64,000 nt of DNA, from the NCBI RefSeq assembly GCF_013248865.1, contig NZ_JABNNF010000018.1. One strand, 5' to 3'. Under the pieces are notes generated by a model, which saw nothing but the letters and a program-made list of their open reading frames with translations, was not told the DNA's origin and did not search any database. Source of the stretch: Corallococcus exiguus (GTDB lineage Bacteria; Myxococcota; Myxococcia; Myxococcales; Myxococcaceae). This document shows positions 19,703 to 29,653 of this stretch, piece after piece (within the stretch, counting starts at the first letter, position 1; each line of letters starts with the position of its first letter). The position numbers and the translations under genes were made by a program.

Positions 19703-20080
19703 GTGGATGGCAACGACCGCGTTGAGGAACCGGGCGCGGAAGCCAGGCTCGGGAGGACGCACCTTCTCCAGCGTCAACGACGCATCCACGGCCCCCGTGC
19801 GCGGCGTGCGCCTGGGGCGCTGCACCGCGAGCCACCGAAGCGCGTCGCGCGCTGTGTCCCGGAATACGCCATGGAGACGCGCCAGCTTCGATTCCGAGCC
19901 CAACCGCGCAGGGGTCGGTAGTCCCCCCAGCGAAAGACCGCGCTCAAACTGCGCCCCCACATCCGCCACGCGCCCCACTCGCACCATCCCCATCCCCTCT
20001 TCGTCCCAGCATCGCCATCCAACCACAGGGGTCTGACATGGGCGCGACGTCACCCGTCGGGCCAGCACGGCCCCAGGTCG

Positions 20081-20283
20081 CATGCATCGAAAACCTGTCC
20101 GACTGTCGGACAAGTTTTGAGGCAACCGGCCCCGGTCGGGCGCCGCTGTCCGTGTCATCACCTTGGCGTTGACACGCCCGACGTCGCTCAATGGTGGGGC
20201 TGGCGCGGCCCCGGGCCTCATGCAGTGGAAACCTGTCCGACTGTCGGACAAGTTTGGAGACAACCGGCCCCGGGCGGGCGCCT
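20081..20283. repeat. Two direct copies of a roughly 65-bp element (20081-20145 and 20219-20283), each with a perfect 17-bp palindrome TGTCCGAC-T-GTCGGACA flanked by an A-run and a T-run
   Basis: Read directly: 'gaaaacctgtccgactgtcggacaagttt(t/g)gag(g/a)caaccggccccgg' occurs twice, 138 bp apart, in the 730-bp region upstream of proC. Confidence 0.5.
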
Positions 20284-20429
20284 CTCTTCGTGGGCTCACC
20301 CCGCCGTCCGCTCCTGCATCCCGTCGGTCCCCATTGCCGCACCCCGCCAAGGCGCGCGCCGCCGCGAACACCGGATCACGGACTCTGTTGGCGAGTTCCT
20401 GGCGGCCGACCTGAGGTTAGGCTTCCGTC

Positions 20430-21281
20430 ATGGCGTCCCACTCCATTCCCGCCCCTGTCGTCCTATTGGGAGGCGGCAAGATCGCCGAAGCCCTCATCCT
20501 GGGACTGTTGCGGTCCGGCCATGTGCGTCCGTCGGACCTTCGCGTCACAGTGCGCCGGCCCGAGCGCGGAGAGGAATTGCGCTCCCGGCACGGTGTGCAC
20601 GTCCTCATGGACAACGCGCAGGCAGTGCGGGGCGCGGCCGTAGTCGTGCTGTCGGTGCGACAGGCGCAGCTGCGGGACCTGATGGCGGTCATCTCGCCGG
20701 CCTTGGAACCTGGGCAGACCGTGGTGTCGCTCTCCGCGGACGTGCGACTCGCGCAGTTGGAAGCGGCGTTGCCCTCCAGCGTCTCTGTCATCCGCGCCCT
20801 GCCCCATACGCCCGTGCGAGTGGGGGCGGGCGTAACACCCCTGTCGGCCGGGACTCGGGCGACGGAAGCCGCGAGGCAGTCCACCGAGTCCGTCTTCGCG
20901 GCGACGGGCCGGCCCATGTGGATGACCGAGGAAGCGCTCACGGTCTGCACGGGCGTGTGCGGCACGGGCCCCGCGTACGTCTTCCGCTTCGTGGAGACCC
21001 TGGCCCAGGCCGCGATGGCGCACGGAATGGACGCGGCGGAGGCGGCGGCACTCGCGAAGGAAACGCTCATTGGCGCGGCGAAGCTGTTGGCCGAACCCGG
21101 CGCCACCACCCCTCGCCTCATCACGGAGATAGCGACCCCGGGAGGCATCACCGAGGCGGGCCTGATGGCGATGGACTCCCACGGCCTCCCTCGCGTCGTG
21201 GGCGAAGCAGTCTCCGTCGCCATCCAGCGCACTCGGGAGCGCGCGGACGCGAACGCCGCGGCCTACAGCACGCCGAAGTGA
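20430..21281 (+). CDS. proC: Pyrroline-5-carboxylate reductase
   Basis: 'VVLLGGGKIAEALILGL', 'TPGGITEAGL'. Length about 283 aa. Confidence 0.85.
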   Translation: MASHSIPAPVVLLGGGKIAEALILGLLRSGHVRPSDLRVTVRRPERGEELRSRHGVHVLMDNAQAVRGAAVVVLSVRQAQLRDLMAVISPALEPGQTVVSLSADVRLAQLEAALPSSVSVIRALPHTPVRVGAGVTPLSAGTRATEAARQSTESVFAATGRPMWMTEEALTVCTGVCGTGPAYVFRFVETLAQAAMAHGMDAAEAAALAKETLIGAAKLLAEPGATTPRLITEIATPGGITEAGLMAMDSHGLPRVVGEAVSVAIQRTRERADANAAAYSTPK

Positions 21282-21946
21282 CGCTTGATCCCCCGCTGGC
21301 CTCCAGGCGTGACGATGAGGCCGCGAGAGTCGGGCTGACGCTCCACCCATCCCAATGAGAACACCCGGGCAGCGAGCGCCGCGCCCAGCGCACCCGCGAG
21401 GTGATCGCGCCGCTCACTCCAGTCCAGGCAGCGGTGGGCGAAGTGGCGCCGCTGCTCGCGCACGGGCGACAGGTCAATGCCGAAGTCCTGGAACCACGCC
21501 TCGCCGCTCGGGGTGAGCGCGAATGCGCGTTTACGAAGGGCGAGATGTCCGGCCCGCAGGAGCGCGTCGGTGATACCCATGCCCAATCTGCCCGCCAGAT
21601 GGTCGTAGCAATAGCGCGCGGCACGCAGAGGCTCCGGAGTCGCTGACACACGGGGTCCTCGGACCGCCACGGTCATCAGCGCTTCCACCATCCGCGCCAC
21701 GGTGGGCGTGGCGATCCGGAACACCTTGTTGCGCCCCTGCCGGGTGACGCGGACCAGCCGGGCCTGCTCCAGCCGCTGAAGGTGCGCGGTCGCCGTCGCG
21801 GGGCTGACGCCCGTACCGAACGCGAGCTCCTTCGCGACGAGCGCCCGTCCCTCCATGAGCAGCTCCAGCATCCGGATCCGCGTGGCGTCCCCCACGGCCG
21901 TGGCCAGCGTCGTGAGGTCCGGCCCTGCATTCATCGTTCGGTCCAT
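21263..21946 (-). CDS. ArsR-family transcriptional regulator with C-terminal extension
   Basis: Helix-turn-helix 'DATRIRMLELLMEGRALVAKELAFGTGVSPATATAHLQRLEQARLV'. Divergent from the P450 gene across a 63-bp gap. Confidence 0.7.
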   Translation of the reverse strand: MDRTMNAGPDLTTLATAVGDATRIRMLELLMEGRALVAKELAFGTGVSPATATAHLQRLEQARLVRVTRQGRNKVFRIATPTVARMVEALMTVAVRGPRVSATPEPLRAARYCYDHLAGRLGMGITDALLRAGHLALRKRAFALTPSGEAWFQDFGIDLSPVREQRRHFAHRCLDWSERRDHLAGALGAALAARVFSLGWVERQPDSRGLIVTPGGQRGIKRHFGVL

Positions 21947-22009
21947 GACGAACCATTTTCTACCACACGGACACGGCAACGGCAGCAGAGTGCCCGGCCA
22001 CGAGGACCG

Positions 22010-23131
22010 ATGACACCGCCCACCGACCCGTATCAGGCCGTCACCCACCCCGACCCGTACCCCTACTACGCGGAGCTTCGAGCCCGGGGCGGACTGCACC
22101 GCGTCCCCGGCTTCGGACCATGGATCGCGGCGGATGCGGTCACCGTCCGCGCGGTGCTCACGAGCGAGCACTGCCGGGTCCGGCCACTGTCGGAGCCGGT
22201 GCCTCCGCATCTGGTGGGCACCTCCGCCGGGGCCCTCTTTGGCCGGCTGGTGCGGATGAACGACGGAGGCCCCTACCCCGCCGTGAAGCAGACGCTTTCA
22301 CGTGCGCTTCCGGAGGCCCTGCGAGAGGTCGAAGCGGAGAGCCGCCGCTGGGCGGCACGGCTGTTCGCGACGCCCTCACTGTCTCGACTGACGGACGCCG
22401 CACTCCAGCTTCCCGTGTTCGTGCTGGGGTCGCTGCTGGGCTTCCCGGAGGACACGCTCGCGGCGAGCGTGCAGGACGTGGATGCCTATGTCCGCTCGGT
22501 CGCCGGTCCTCCTGCGGGCAATGAAGGTGCGGCGAGGCTGAACGAACTCATGGCGGCCTGCTTCCAGTCCACTACGAGGACCGCGTTCACGACTCGACTT
22601 CAGGAAGGCCATGGCTCGGAGGACCTGCGCGTCCCGAACGCCGTGGGCCTGCTCACCCAGGCATATGAAGCGACGGCCGGGCTCCTGGGAGCGACGCTGC
22701 GGGCCTTCGCTCGTGTGCCCGGGCTGCGCGAACAGCTCTCACATGGTGCGTGCACGATGGACGACGTGGTCCAGGAAGCGGCTCGATACGATTCGCCGGT
22801 CCAGAACACGCGACGCTTCATCCATGCCGCAGCGACCGTCGCGGGTCAGGCGCTGGAGGCCGGTGAGACCGTGGTCGTCGTGCTCGCCGCCGCGAATCGC
22901 GATCCGCTGGAGAATCCCCAACCCGACGCCTTCCTGCCAAGGCGCGCACGGCGCCAGACCTTCACCTTCGGCCTGGGCTCGCATGCCTGCCCTGGGCCCC
23001 TGCTCGCAACGACGATGGCCACGGCAGCGGCGGAGAGTGTGCTCGCGAGCGGCCTGGACCTGTCACCGTTGTCGGGCCCCGTCACCTGGCGTGCTTCCAC
23101 CAATGCTCGCGTACTGGGAGGACTGGAATGA
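22010..23131 (+). CDS. Cytochrome P450
   Basis: Heme-binding loop 'FGLGSHACPG'. 'ARYDSPVQNTRR' (ExxR-region). Confidence 0.85.
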   Translation: MTPPTDPYQAVTHPDPYPYYAELRARGGLHRVPGFGPWIAADAVTVRAVLTSEHCRVRPLSEPVPPHLVGTSAGALFGRLVRMNDGGPYPAVKQTLSRALPEALREVEAESRRWAARLFATPSLSRLTDAALQLPVFVLGSLLGFPEDTLAASVQDVDAYVRSVAGPPAGNEGAARLNELMAACFQSTTRTAFTTRLQEGHGSEDLRVPNAVGLLTQAYEATAGLLGATLRAFARVPGLREQLSHGACTMDDVVQEAARYDSPVQNTRRFIHAAATVAGQALEAGETVVVVLAAANRDPLENPQPDAFLPRRARRQTFTFGLGSHACPGPLLATTMATAAAESVLASGLDLSPLSGPVTWRASTNARVLGGLE

Positions 23132-23472
23132 TTGCTGTCATCTTCGAGGTCTGGACACACGAAGCACATCGGCAGCGATACCTGGACCTCGCGGCGGAGC
23201 TGCGGCCCCTGCTGGCGGACATCGACGGCTTCATCTCCATCGAGCGTTTCCAAAGCCTCAGCACCCCGGGGAAGCTTCTGTCCCTGTCGTACTGGCGCGA
23301 TGAGGCGGCGGTGGCGGAGTGGCGGCGCCAGGAGGCTCACCGTGAAGCCCAGCGCGAAGGCCGAGAAGGCGTGTTCAGCGACTACCGCCTGCGGGTGGCT
23401 CACGTCGTGAGGGATTACGGATTGAAGGACCGGGCGGCCGTGCCCGCCGACAGTCGCACCGTCCACGACTGA
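23128..23472 (+). CDS. ABM-fold monooxygenase-like protein, translationally coupled to the P450 gene
   Basis: ATGA overlap. 'MIAVIFEVWTH...GFISIERFQS...LSLSYWRDEAAVAEW'. Confidence 0.55.
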   Translation: MIAVIFEVWTHEAHRQRYLDLAAELRPLLADIDGFISIERFQSLSTPGKLLSLSYWRDEAAVAEWRRQEAHREAQREGREGVFSDYRLRVAHVVRDYGLKDRAAVPADSRTVHD

Positions 23473-23555
23473 CGCGGCCGGCGCACGGCGGCTGTCTTCC
23501 CGCCCGTCCCTCCCATGCGGGCCATGACTCCCCCACCTTCTTTGGGGGGTGAACG

Positions 23556-23954
23556 ATGAAGCGAGGCGATTGGAGAGGTGCCTGGGGGCTGGCTGCCGCG
23601 CTGCTCGGGCTTCCGGCGGTGGGGCAGATGGAAGGCCCACCCGAGGGTGCGTCGCAATACTCCTGCTTCGAAGCGGCACGCCAGGGCAGCTCGGTGAGTG
23701 AGAGCATCGCGGCGCAGCTCTGCCAGGGTGCCCATTCAGACACCCCGGCACAGTGCTTCCTCCGGGTGCAGGAGAAAGGCTTCCTCGCCGACCCGCAGGC
23801 GCTCCAGCTCTGCCAGTACGCCCAGCCCTCGGATGATCCCGCGGCCTGCTTCTTCAAGGCACGGACGTCCTCGTTCCTCGACGAGACACAGCTCCTGGAA
23901 CTCTGCCGCCCGCCCATCGCGCAGATGCTGAAGATGTGTCCCTACGGTCCGTGA
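23556..23954 (+). CDS. Small secreted protein with three Cys-containing internal repeats
   Basis: Signal peptide, then three 'QLCQ...AQCF' units. Confidence 0.4.
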   Translation: MKRGDWRGAWGLAAALLGLPAVGQMEGPPEGASQYSCFEAARQGSSVSESIAAQLCQGAHSDTPAQCFLRVQEKGFLADPQALQLCQYAQPSDDPAACFFKARTSSFLDETQLLELCRPPIAQMLKMCPYGP

Positions 23955-23972
23955 GGCTTCACGCCCTGGGGC

Positions 23973-26657
23973 TCACCGGGCGCGGAGGAACGCCTTGACA
24001 CTCGGGGACTGGAGTTTCTGGGACTCGATGCACAGCCGGATGGACTCCAGGGCCCGGGTGAGCGCGCGCGGACCGCCTTCAATTTTGTCCACGCGAGGCG
24101 TGAGGAACGTCTCCACCTGCGCCAGGTGGATGTCATCGCAGAGGCTCCCCGTCTGGCCAATCAGCCGGCCCAGCTCATCCGAACGCAGCCGCTGGGTCAG
24201 CGCATCGAAGTGCGTCTGGTAGAAGTTCCACGCCAGCGACTGCGACTCCGCCGACATCAACGCCATCCGGAGGATGATCTGCGAGTCGCGCACGTCGAAG
24301 CCCGGCGACACCACGAGCCCCAGCGCCCGCCACAGCAGGTCCGGGTTCCGGAAGTAGCCCAGCGACATCAGCAGCCGGGAACGCTCGGTGCGGTCCTGTT
24401 CCCTCTTCGCCGCGTCCAGCAGCGCGTCGAACAGCGCCGCATCACCGTGCGTCGCCGCTCGGGGCAGCGCGGCACTGAACGCCTCCGGGTCCACCGACTT
24501 CCGGTCCGCCAGCCATGCGCGCACCAGGGGCAGCGCCTCCTTCACCAGCCGAGGGTCATCGCCCAGTCCGCCGGCCAGCCGGAGGAACAGGGAGCGTGAA
24601 TCCTTCACGGAGTCGTCCTCGCCCGGCTTCGGTACCCAGCCCATGGCCCGCGCGCGCGCCGAGTAGAGCGAGGCCACCCACGCGCGGAAGCGCTGGCGCT
24701 CCTCGGGCGTGAGCTGATCCAGGCGCACGAGTTCCAGCAGCGAGGCGCCGCTCTGCACCACGAGCCGGTTCGTCGCCTTCGCGGAGGCAGGCACCGCCTT
24801 CAGCGCCTCCCCCAGCGGCAGGTCGCCCCGGCTCACCGCCGCATCCACATCCGCCCAGAGCGCCATCTGCTCCGCGGGAGTGAAGGCCGCGACCGGAGTC
24901 GCGAGCAGCTTCGTCAACTGCTCGCGGGTGTAACCGCCGCGGTAGTAACCCGTGCCGCCCGCGTTGAGCAGCACCCACGCCGGGCACTGCTTCGAGGGCA
25001 GCGCGACCTCCGTCGAGGGCCCCTGCACCATCGAGCACACCCGCGACGACTGCGTGCCCGTGCCCACGCGAAGACACACGGGCACCTGCCACTCCTGCCG
25101 CGAGTCCGCCTTGGAGCCCACGGGCAGGTAGCGCTCCTGCGACAGCTTCACGGACGGAGCGCCGCCCGCCGGGCACGACAGCTGCGCGGTGATCCGAGGC
25201 GCCCCGCTCCGCTCGATGAACCCGCCGAAGGATTGCGCCACTTCCGGCCCCGCCGCCTGGGACAGGTCCGCGAGGAAGTCCTCCATCGTCGCGACCTTCC
25301 ACTCGTGCTTGCGGACATAGCCCCGGAGGAAGTCGCGGAAGCGCTCGGGGCCCATCCAGGCCTCGTACATGGCGATGACGGACGAGCCCTTGTCATACGT
25401 CGTCCCGTTGTCGAACGAGCCCACGATGTCGTCATTGCTCTCCACCGGCTTGCGAACGGGCAGCGCCGACGCCAGCTCATCCGAAGCCAGGGCGGAGCGG
25501 GTCGCGGACATGGCGCGCTCCTGCTGGTAGTCCCAGGACGGCTCCAGCCGGTCCACGGTCTGCCGGTCCAACCACGCGGTGAAGGACTCGTTCAGCCAGA
25601 TGTCGTTCCACCAGGAGCAGGTGACGACGTCCCCGAACCAGTAGTGGCCCAGCTCATGGTTGGCGATGACCGCGTACGACTTGCGGCGGGCCAGCGTCTC
25701 CTCGCCGGGCGGAATGAGCGTGAGCGGTTGCCCGAGTGCGACGATGCCCGGGTGCTCCATCGTGCCCCAGTACCGGGGCACGACCGCCACATCGAGCTTC
25801 TCGTACGGGTACGGCTGGTCGAAGAAGTCCTCCAGCCCCTTCACGATGCGAGGCGTGATGCTCGCGGCGTAGCGCGTCTCCGCGCCCCGGCCCTTGGGGA
25901 CGATGAAGCGCAGAGGCACGTTCGTGCGTCCCACGGTGCCGGCCTCGACGATGTCGAACGGCCCCACCATGAAGGCCACGAGGTAGCTGGGCATCGGCTT
26001 GCTTTCCGCGAAGGTGACGCGCTCCAGGCCGTCCGCCAGCGGCTCGCGCGACACGACGGGGTGGTTGGCCAGCGCCACGTGTCCGGCCTTCACGGTGAAG
26101 CGCAGGCGCCATGGCACCTTGAAGGTCGGCTCGTCGAAGCACGGGAAGGCGCGGCGCGCGTCGATGGGCTCGAAGAACGTGTAGAGATAGGGCTCACCGC
26201 CCTCCTCCACTCCGTAGATGCCCTGGCTGCGCTCGCGGTCCACCTTGCCGGTGAAGTCGAGCAGGAGCTGGGCCTTGCCCACCGGCAGTTCCTCCGGCAG
26301 CAGCAATCCCAGACGTCCTTCGGGCGCGGTGACAGGCTTCGCGTCGAACGTGCGGCCCGCCACGGTGACACGAGCCCGCGTCACGTCCACGTCCTGCGCA
26401 TGCAGCCACACCTGGCGCACGGGCTCGCGGACCTCCACGTCGATGGTGACGCTGCCCGGGTACGTGTCCTCCGAGGGCACGAGCTTCAGGTCCAGCGCGT
26501 AGTGCATGGGCCGCACGGTGTCCGGCAACCGCAGCGCGGGGGGCAATGCCTCCGGCCACGAGACGGCGGGCAGCGCGGAAGCAGTCGGTGCGGCCTCCGG
26601 CGCGTGGGCACAGCGGACGGTCAACACCACCAGGGCGAGGAGTGGGAGCAGTCGCAT
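23973..26657 (-). CDS. pepN: M1-family aminopeptidase N, secreted
   Basis: Signal peptide 'MRLLPLLALVVLTVRCAHA'. 'HELGHYWFGD' and 'WLNESFTAW'. 894 aa. Confidence 0.85.
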   Translation of the reverse strand: MRLLPLLALVVLTVRCAHAPEAAPTASALPAVSWPEALPPALRLPDTVRPMHYALDLKLVPSEDTYPGSVTIDVEVREPVRQVWLHAQDVDVTRARVTVAGRTFDAKPVTAPEGRLGLLLPEELPVGKAQLLLDFTGKVDRERSQGIYGVEEGGEPYLYTFFEPIDARRAFPCFDEPTFKVPWRLRFTVKAGHVALANHPVVSREPLADGLERVTFAESKPMPSYLVAFMVGPFDIVEAGTVGRTNVPLRFIVPKGRGAETRYAASITPRIVKGLEDFFDQPYPYEKLDVAVVPRYWGTMEHPGIVALGQPLTLIPPGEETLARRKSYAVIANHELGHYWFGDVVTCSWWNDIWLNESFTAWLDRQTVDRLEPSWDYQQERAMSATRSALASDELASALPVRKPVESNDDIVGSFDNGTTYDKGSSVIAMYEAWMGPERFRDFLRGYVRKHEWKVATMEDFLADLSQAAGPEVAQSFGGFIERSGAPRITAQLSCPAGGAPSVKLSQERYLPVGSKADSRQEWQVPVCLRVGTGTQSSRVCSMVQGPSTEVALPSKQCPAWVLLNAGGTGYYRGGYTREQLTKLLATPVAAFTPAEQMALWADVDAAVSRGDLPLGEALKAVPASAKATNRLVVQSGASLLELVRLDQLTPEERQRFRAWVASLYSARARAMGWVPKPGEDDSVKDSRSLFLRLAGGLGDDPRLVKEALPLVRAWLADRKSVDPEAFSAALPRAATHGDAALFDALLDAAKREQDRTERSRLLMSLGYFRNPDLLWRALGLVVSPGFDVRDSQIILRMALMSAESQSLAWNFYQTHFDALTQRLRSDELGRLIGQTGSLCDDIHLAQVETFLTPRVDKIEGGPRALTRALESIRLCIESQKLQSPSVKAFLRAR

Positions 26658-26819
26658 GGGCGCGCAGCGTAGACCATGCGCGGGTCGTGCATCGAGCCAA
26701 CGTCTCGACTCGCACCCACCGCATTCTCGAGATGTCTCCTACCCGTGAATCGGTGCTTTCAACCCCGCGAGCCGGTACGGTCCTGCTCCCCCCGCTTCAG
26801 CCCAAAGCCGAGGAAAAAC

Positions 26820-27710
26820 ATGTTTCGTCGCAGCAGCGGTCTTCCCTCCTTCTTCGTGTCCCTGCTTTTCGTCGTGGGCTTCGCGTCGTCGGCAAGCGCT
26901 GACACCTACCAGACCTATGTGACACCCACGGTCAATGGCTATCAGATTGGTACGTACCTCCCCAACCAGCCCACCGGGAACTTCAGCAGCGCCGCCGACA
27001 CCGCCCGCCGCTTCTGTCAGGACCAGGGCCACAGCGGCGCGCAAAGCTTCACCACCGCCATCCGTGGTTCCGCCTTCTCGTTCATCGTGGGTACGAATGG
27101 CGTGGGCAACTGGGGCACCACCGGCAATTCCAACGTGACCATGCTGGAGACCGTCACCTGCTTCACCTCCAACTCGGGCGTCACCTACACGACTCCCGCG
27201 GTCAATGGCTATCAGATTGGCACGTACCTCCCCAACCAGCCCACCGGGAACTTCAGCAGCGCCGCTGATACCGCCCGCCGCTTCTGCCAGGACCAGGGCC
27301 ACACCGGCGCGAGCAGCTTCACCACCGCCATCCGTGGCTCCGCCTACTCATTCGTCGTGGGCACGAGCGGCGTGGGCAACTGGGGCACCACCGGCAATTC
27401 CAACGTGACCATGCTGGAGACCATCACCTGCTTCGACGCGACGGTGCTCACGTACACGACGCCGACGGTCAACGGCTACCAGGTGGGCACCGTCCAGCCC
27501 AACTTCCCGTCCGGCAACTACAGCACCCCGGCGGCTACCGCCCGCCGCTTCTGCCAGGACCAGGGCCATATCAACGTGAGCAGCTTCACCACCGCCATCC
27601 GCGGCTCCGCCTACTCGTTCATCGTGGGCACGAACGGCGTGGGCAACTGGGGCACCACCGGCAACTCCAATGTGACCATGCTCGAAACGGTCACCTGCAT
27701 CACGCAGTAA
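26820..27710 (+). CDS. Secreted protein made of three tandem ~90-aa repeats
   Basis: Signal peptide, then 3x 'YTTPxVNGYQIGTYLPNQPTGNFSSAADTARRFCQDQGH...GNSNVTMLETVTCF'. Confidence 0.55.
   Translation: MFRRSSGLPSFFVSLLFVVGFASSASADTYQTYVTPTVNGYQIGTYLPNQPTGNFSSAADTARRFCQDQGHSGAQSFTTAIRGSAFSFIVGTNGVGNWGTTGNSNVTMLETVTCFTSNSGVTYTTPAVNGYQIGTYLPNQPTGNFSSAADTARRFCQDQGHTGASSFTTAIRGSAYSFVVGTSGVGNWGTTGNSNVTMLETITCFDATVLTYTTPTVNGYQVGTVQPNFPSGNYSTPAATARRFCQDQGHINVSSFTTAIRGSAYSFIVGTNGVGNWGTTGNSNVTMLETVTCITQ
26905..27707 (+). repeat. Three near-identical ~270-bp tandem DNA repeats inside the CDS
   Basis: Nucleotide identity is visible, e.g. 'caatggctatcagattgg(t/c)acgtacctccccaaccagcccaccgggaacttcagcagcgccgc'. 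Confidence 0.7.
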
Positions 27711-27802
27711 CCGACAGTCCGGGGACCGGGGCTCCTCGCCGCCCCGGTCCACCGGGTGTCTTCCAGATGCACGCGGCGGTGGAGTGGGTCAGGATGCGGC
27801 CC

Positions 27803-28624
27803 ATGTCCAACCTCCAAGGCAAGACCCTCTTCATCACCGGCGCCAGCCGCGGCATCGGCAAGGCCATCGCGCTGCGCGCGGCCCGCGACGGCGCCAACAT
27901 CGTCATCGCGGCCAAGACGACCGACCCGCATCCCAAGCTGCCCGGCACCATCTACTCGGCGGCGAAGGAGATTGAAGAGGCCGGCGGCAAGGCCCTCCCC
28001 TGCGTGGTGGACATCCGCGACGAGGCGCAGATCCACGCCGCCGTCGCCAAGGCCGTGGAGACCTTCGGCGGCATCGACATCCTGGTGAACAACGCCAGCG
28101 CCATCAGCCTCACCGGCACGCTGGAGACGCCACTCAAGCGCTTCGACCTGATGCACGGCATCAACACGCGCGGCACCTTCGCGTGCTCGCAGGCGTGCAT
28201 CCCGTACCTCAAGAAGTCCTCCAACCCGCACATCCTCAACAACTCGCCGCCGCTCAACATGGAGCCGCGCTGGTTCGGCCCCCACGTGGCCTACACCATC
28301 GCGAAGTACGGCATGAGCCTGTGCGCGCTCGGCATGGCGGAGGAGCTCAAGGACGACGGCATCGCCGTCAACACGCTGTGGCCCCGCACCGTCATCGCCA
28401 CCGCCGCCGTGCAGAACCTGCTGGGCGGCGACGACACCATCAAGGGCAGCCGCACGCCGGAGATCATGGCCGACGCCGCCTACGCCATCCTCACCAAGCC
28501 CAGCCGCTCCTTCACCGGCAACTTCTGCATCGACGATGAAGTGCTGCGCGCCGCCGGCGTCACCAACCTGGACAAGTACCAGTCCGTCCCCGGCGCGGAG
28601 CTGCTGCCCGACTTCTTCCTCTAG
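27803..28624 (+). CDS. Short-chain dehydrogenase/reductase
   Basis: 'GKTLFITGASRGIGKAIA', 'NNAS', 'YTIAKYG' (YxxxK). Confidence 0.8.
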   Translation: MSNLQGKTLFITGASRGIGKAIALRAARDGANIVIAAKTTDPHPKLPGTIYSAAKEIEEAGGKALPCVVDIRDEAQIHAAVAKAVETFGGIDILVNNASAISLTGTLETPLKRFDLMHGINTRGTFACSQACIPYLKKSSNPHILNNSPPLNMEPRWFGPHVAYTIAKYGMSLCALGMAEELKDDGIAVNTLWPRTVIATAAVQNLLGGDDTIKGSRTPEIMADAAYAILTKPSRSFTGNFCIDDEVLRAAGVTNLDKYQSVPGAELLPDFFL

Positions 28625-28639
28625 CGCGCCTTACGCCCC

Positions 28640-29560
28640 ATGCCCCCGCGCAAGCTCCAGCGACATCTGGTCTGGCTCGAGTCCTTCACCGCCGCCGTGG
28701 AGGCCGGCAGCATCGACGCCGCCGCGGAGCACCTGGGCGTCGCCCGCTCCGTCGTGAGCGAGCACATCCGCGCCCTGGAGGAAGCGCTCGCGGATGGCGC
28801 CGCCCTGCTGGAGCGGGGGCCGGGCCGGCGCCTGCAACTGTCCGCGCGTGGAGAGCGCCTCTACGCGGGCACCCAGACGCCGCTGCACCAACTGGACGTG
28901 AAGCGGCTGATGGACCTGGCCCGCGTGGAGCCCACCCTGCGCCTGGGCCTCAACCCCACGCTGTCCATGTCGCTGTTGGGCGGCATCGCGCAGGATGCCG
29001 CCGCCGCCGACCTCAAGCTGGTGGTGGGCTTTGGCGGCTCGCATGAGCTCATGCGGCAGGTGCAGACGCGGCAGCAGGACCTGGCGCTCGACTTCACCCC
29101 CCTGCCCCCACACGAGGGCGTGGACACCGAGTCCCTGCTGCGCATGTCCTTCGTCGTCATCGCGGGCCCGGACTCCGCGCTCGCCCGGACGCACCCCTCC
29201 CGCCGCTCGCTGGACGTGAAGGACCTCCAGGGCCAGCGCTTCGTGGACTGGCTGCGGGACGACCCCTACGGCGGCGCCAACAGCGCGCGCTTCGCCGCGC
29301 ACGGCGTGTCCGTCACCGAGGTCGGCCGGGTGGAGAGCTTCCTCCACCTCTACGAGCTGCTGCGCGCCTACAAGGCGTGCACCATCGCCCCGGACGTGCG
29401 CCCCACCCAGCCGTTCCCCTCGGACCTCCACGTCTGGCCCCTGCGCGAACAGGAGCCCCAGGTCGTGGAGGTGGTCGCCGTCTGGCCCTCCGGAGGCCTC
29501 AGCCCCGCCGTCCAATCCATCCTTGACGGGCTGCGTCGCCGCCTGAACAAACGACGATAA
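28640..29560 (+). CDS. LysR-family transcriptional regulator
   Basis: N-terminal helix-turn-helix 'LESFTAAVEAGSIDAAAEHLGVARSVVSEHIRALEEAL'. About 300 aa. Confidence 0.8.
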   Translation: MPPRKLQRHLVWLESFTAAVEAGSIDAAAEHLGVARSVVSEHIRALEEALADGAALLERGPGRRLQLSARGERLYAGTQTPLHQLDVKRLMDLARVEPTLRLGLNPTLSMSLLGGIAQDAAAADLKLVVGFGGSHELMRQVQTRQQDLALDFTPLPPHEGVDTESLLRMSFVVIAGPDSALARTHPSRRSLDVKDLQGQRFVDWLRDDPYGGANSARFAAHGVSVTEVGRVESFLHLYELLRAYKACTIAPDVRPTQPFPSDLHVWPLREQEPQVVEVVAVWPSGGLSPAVQSILDGLRRRLNKRR

Positions 29561-29653
29561 TCCGACGAAGACGTCGAATTCTGCCGGATTTCCGTCTTGC
29601 AGTGGGGTGGGTATTCTTCAGGAGTCCTGCATCTCCTGAAGGAGCCGCTCGCG

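Noticed and set aside
18782-20371. N-terminal 530 aa of the 825-aa ORF containing PhzF
   Set aside because: Only the last 296 aa match PhzF. The upstream part is antisense to the outer-membrane protein gene and merely translates the duplicated palindromic element.
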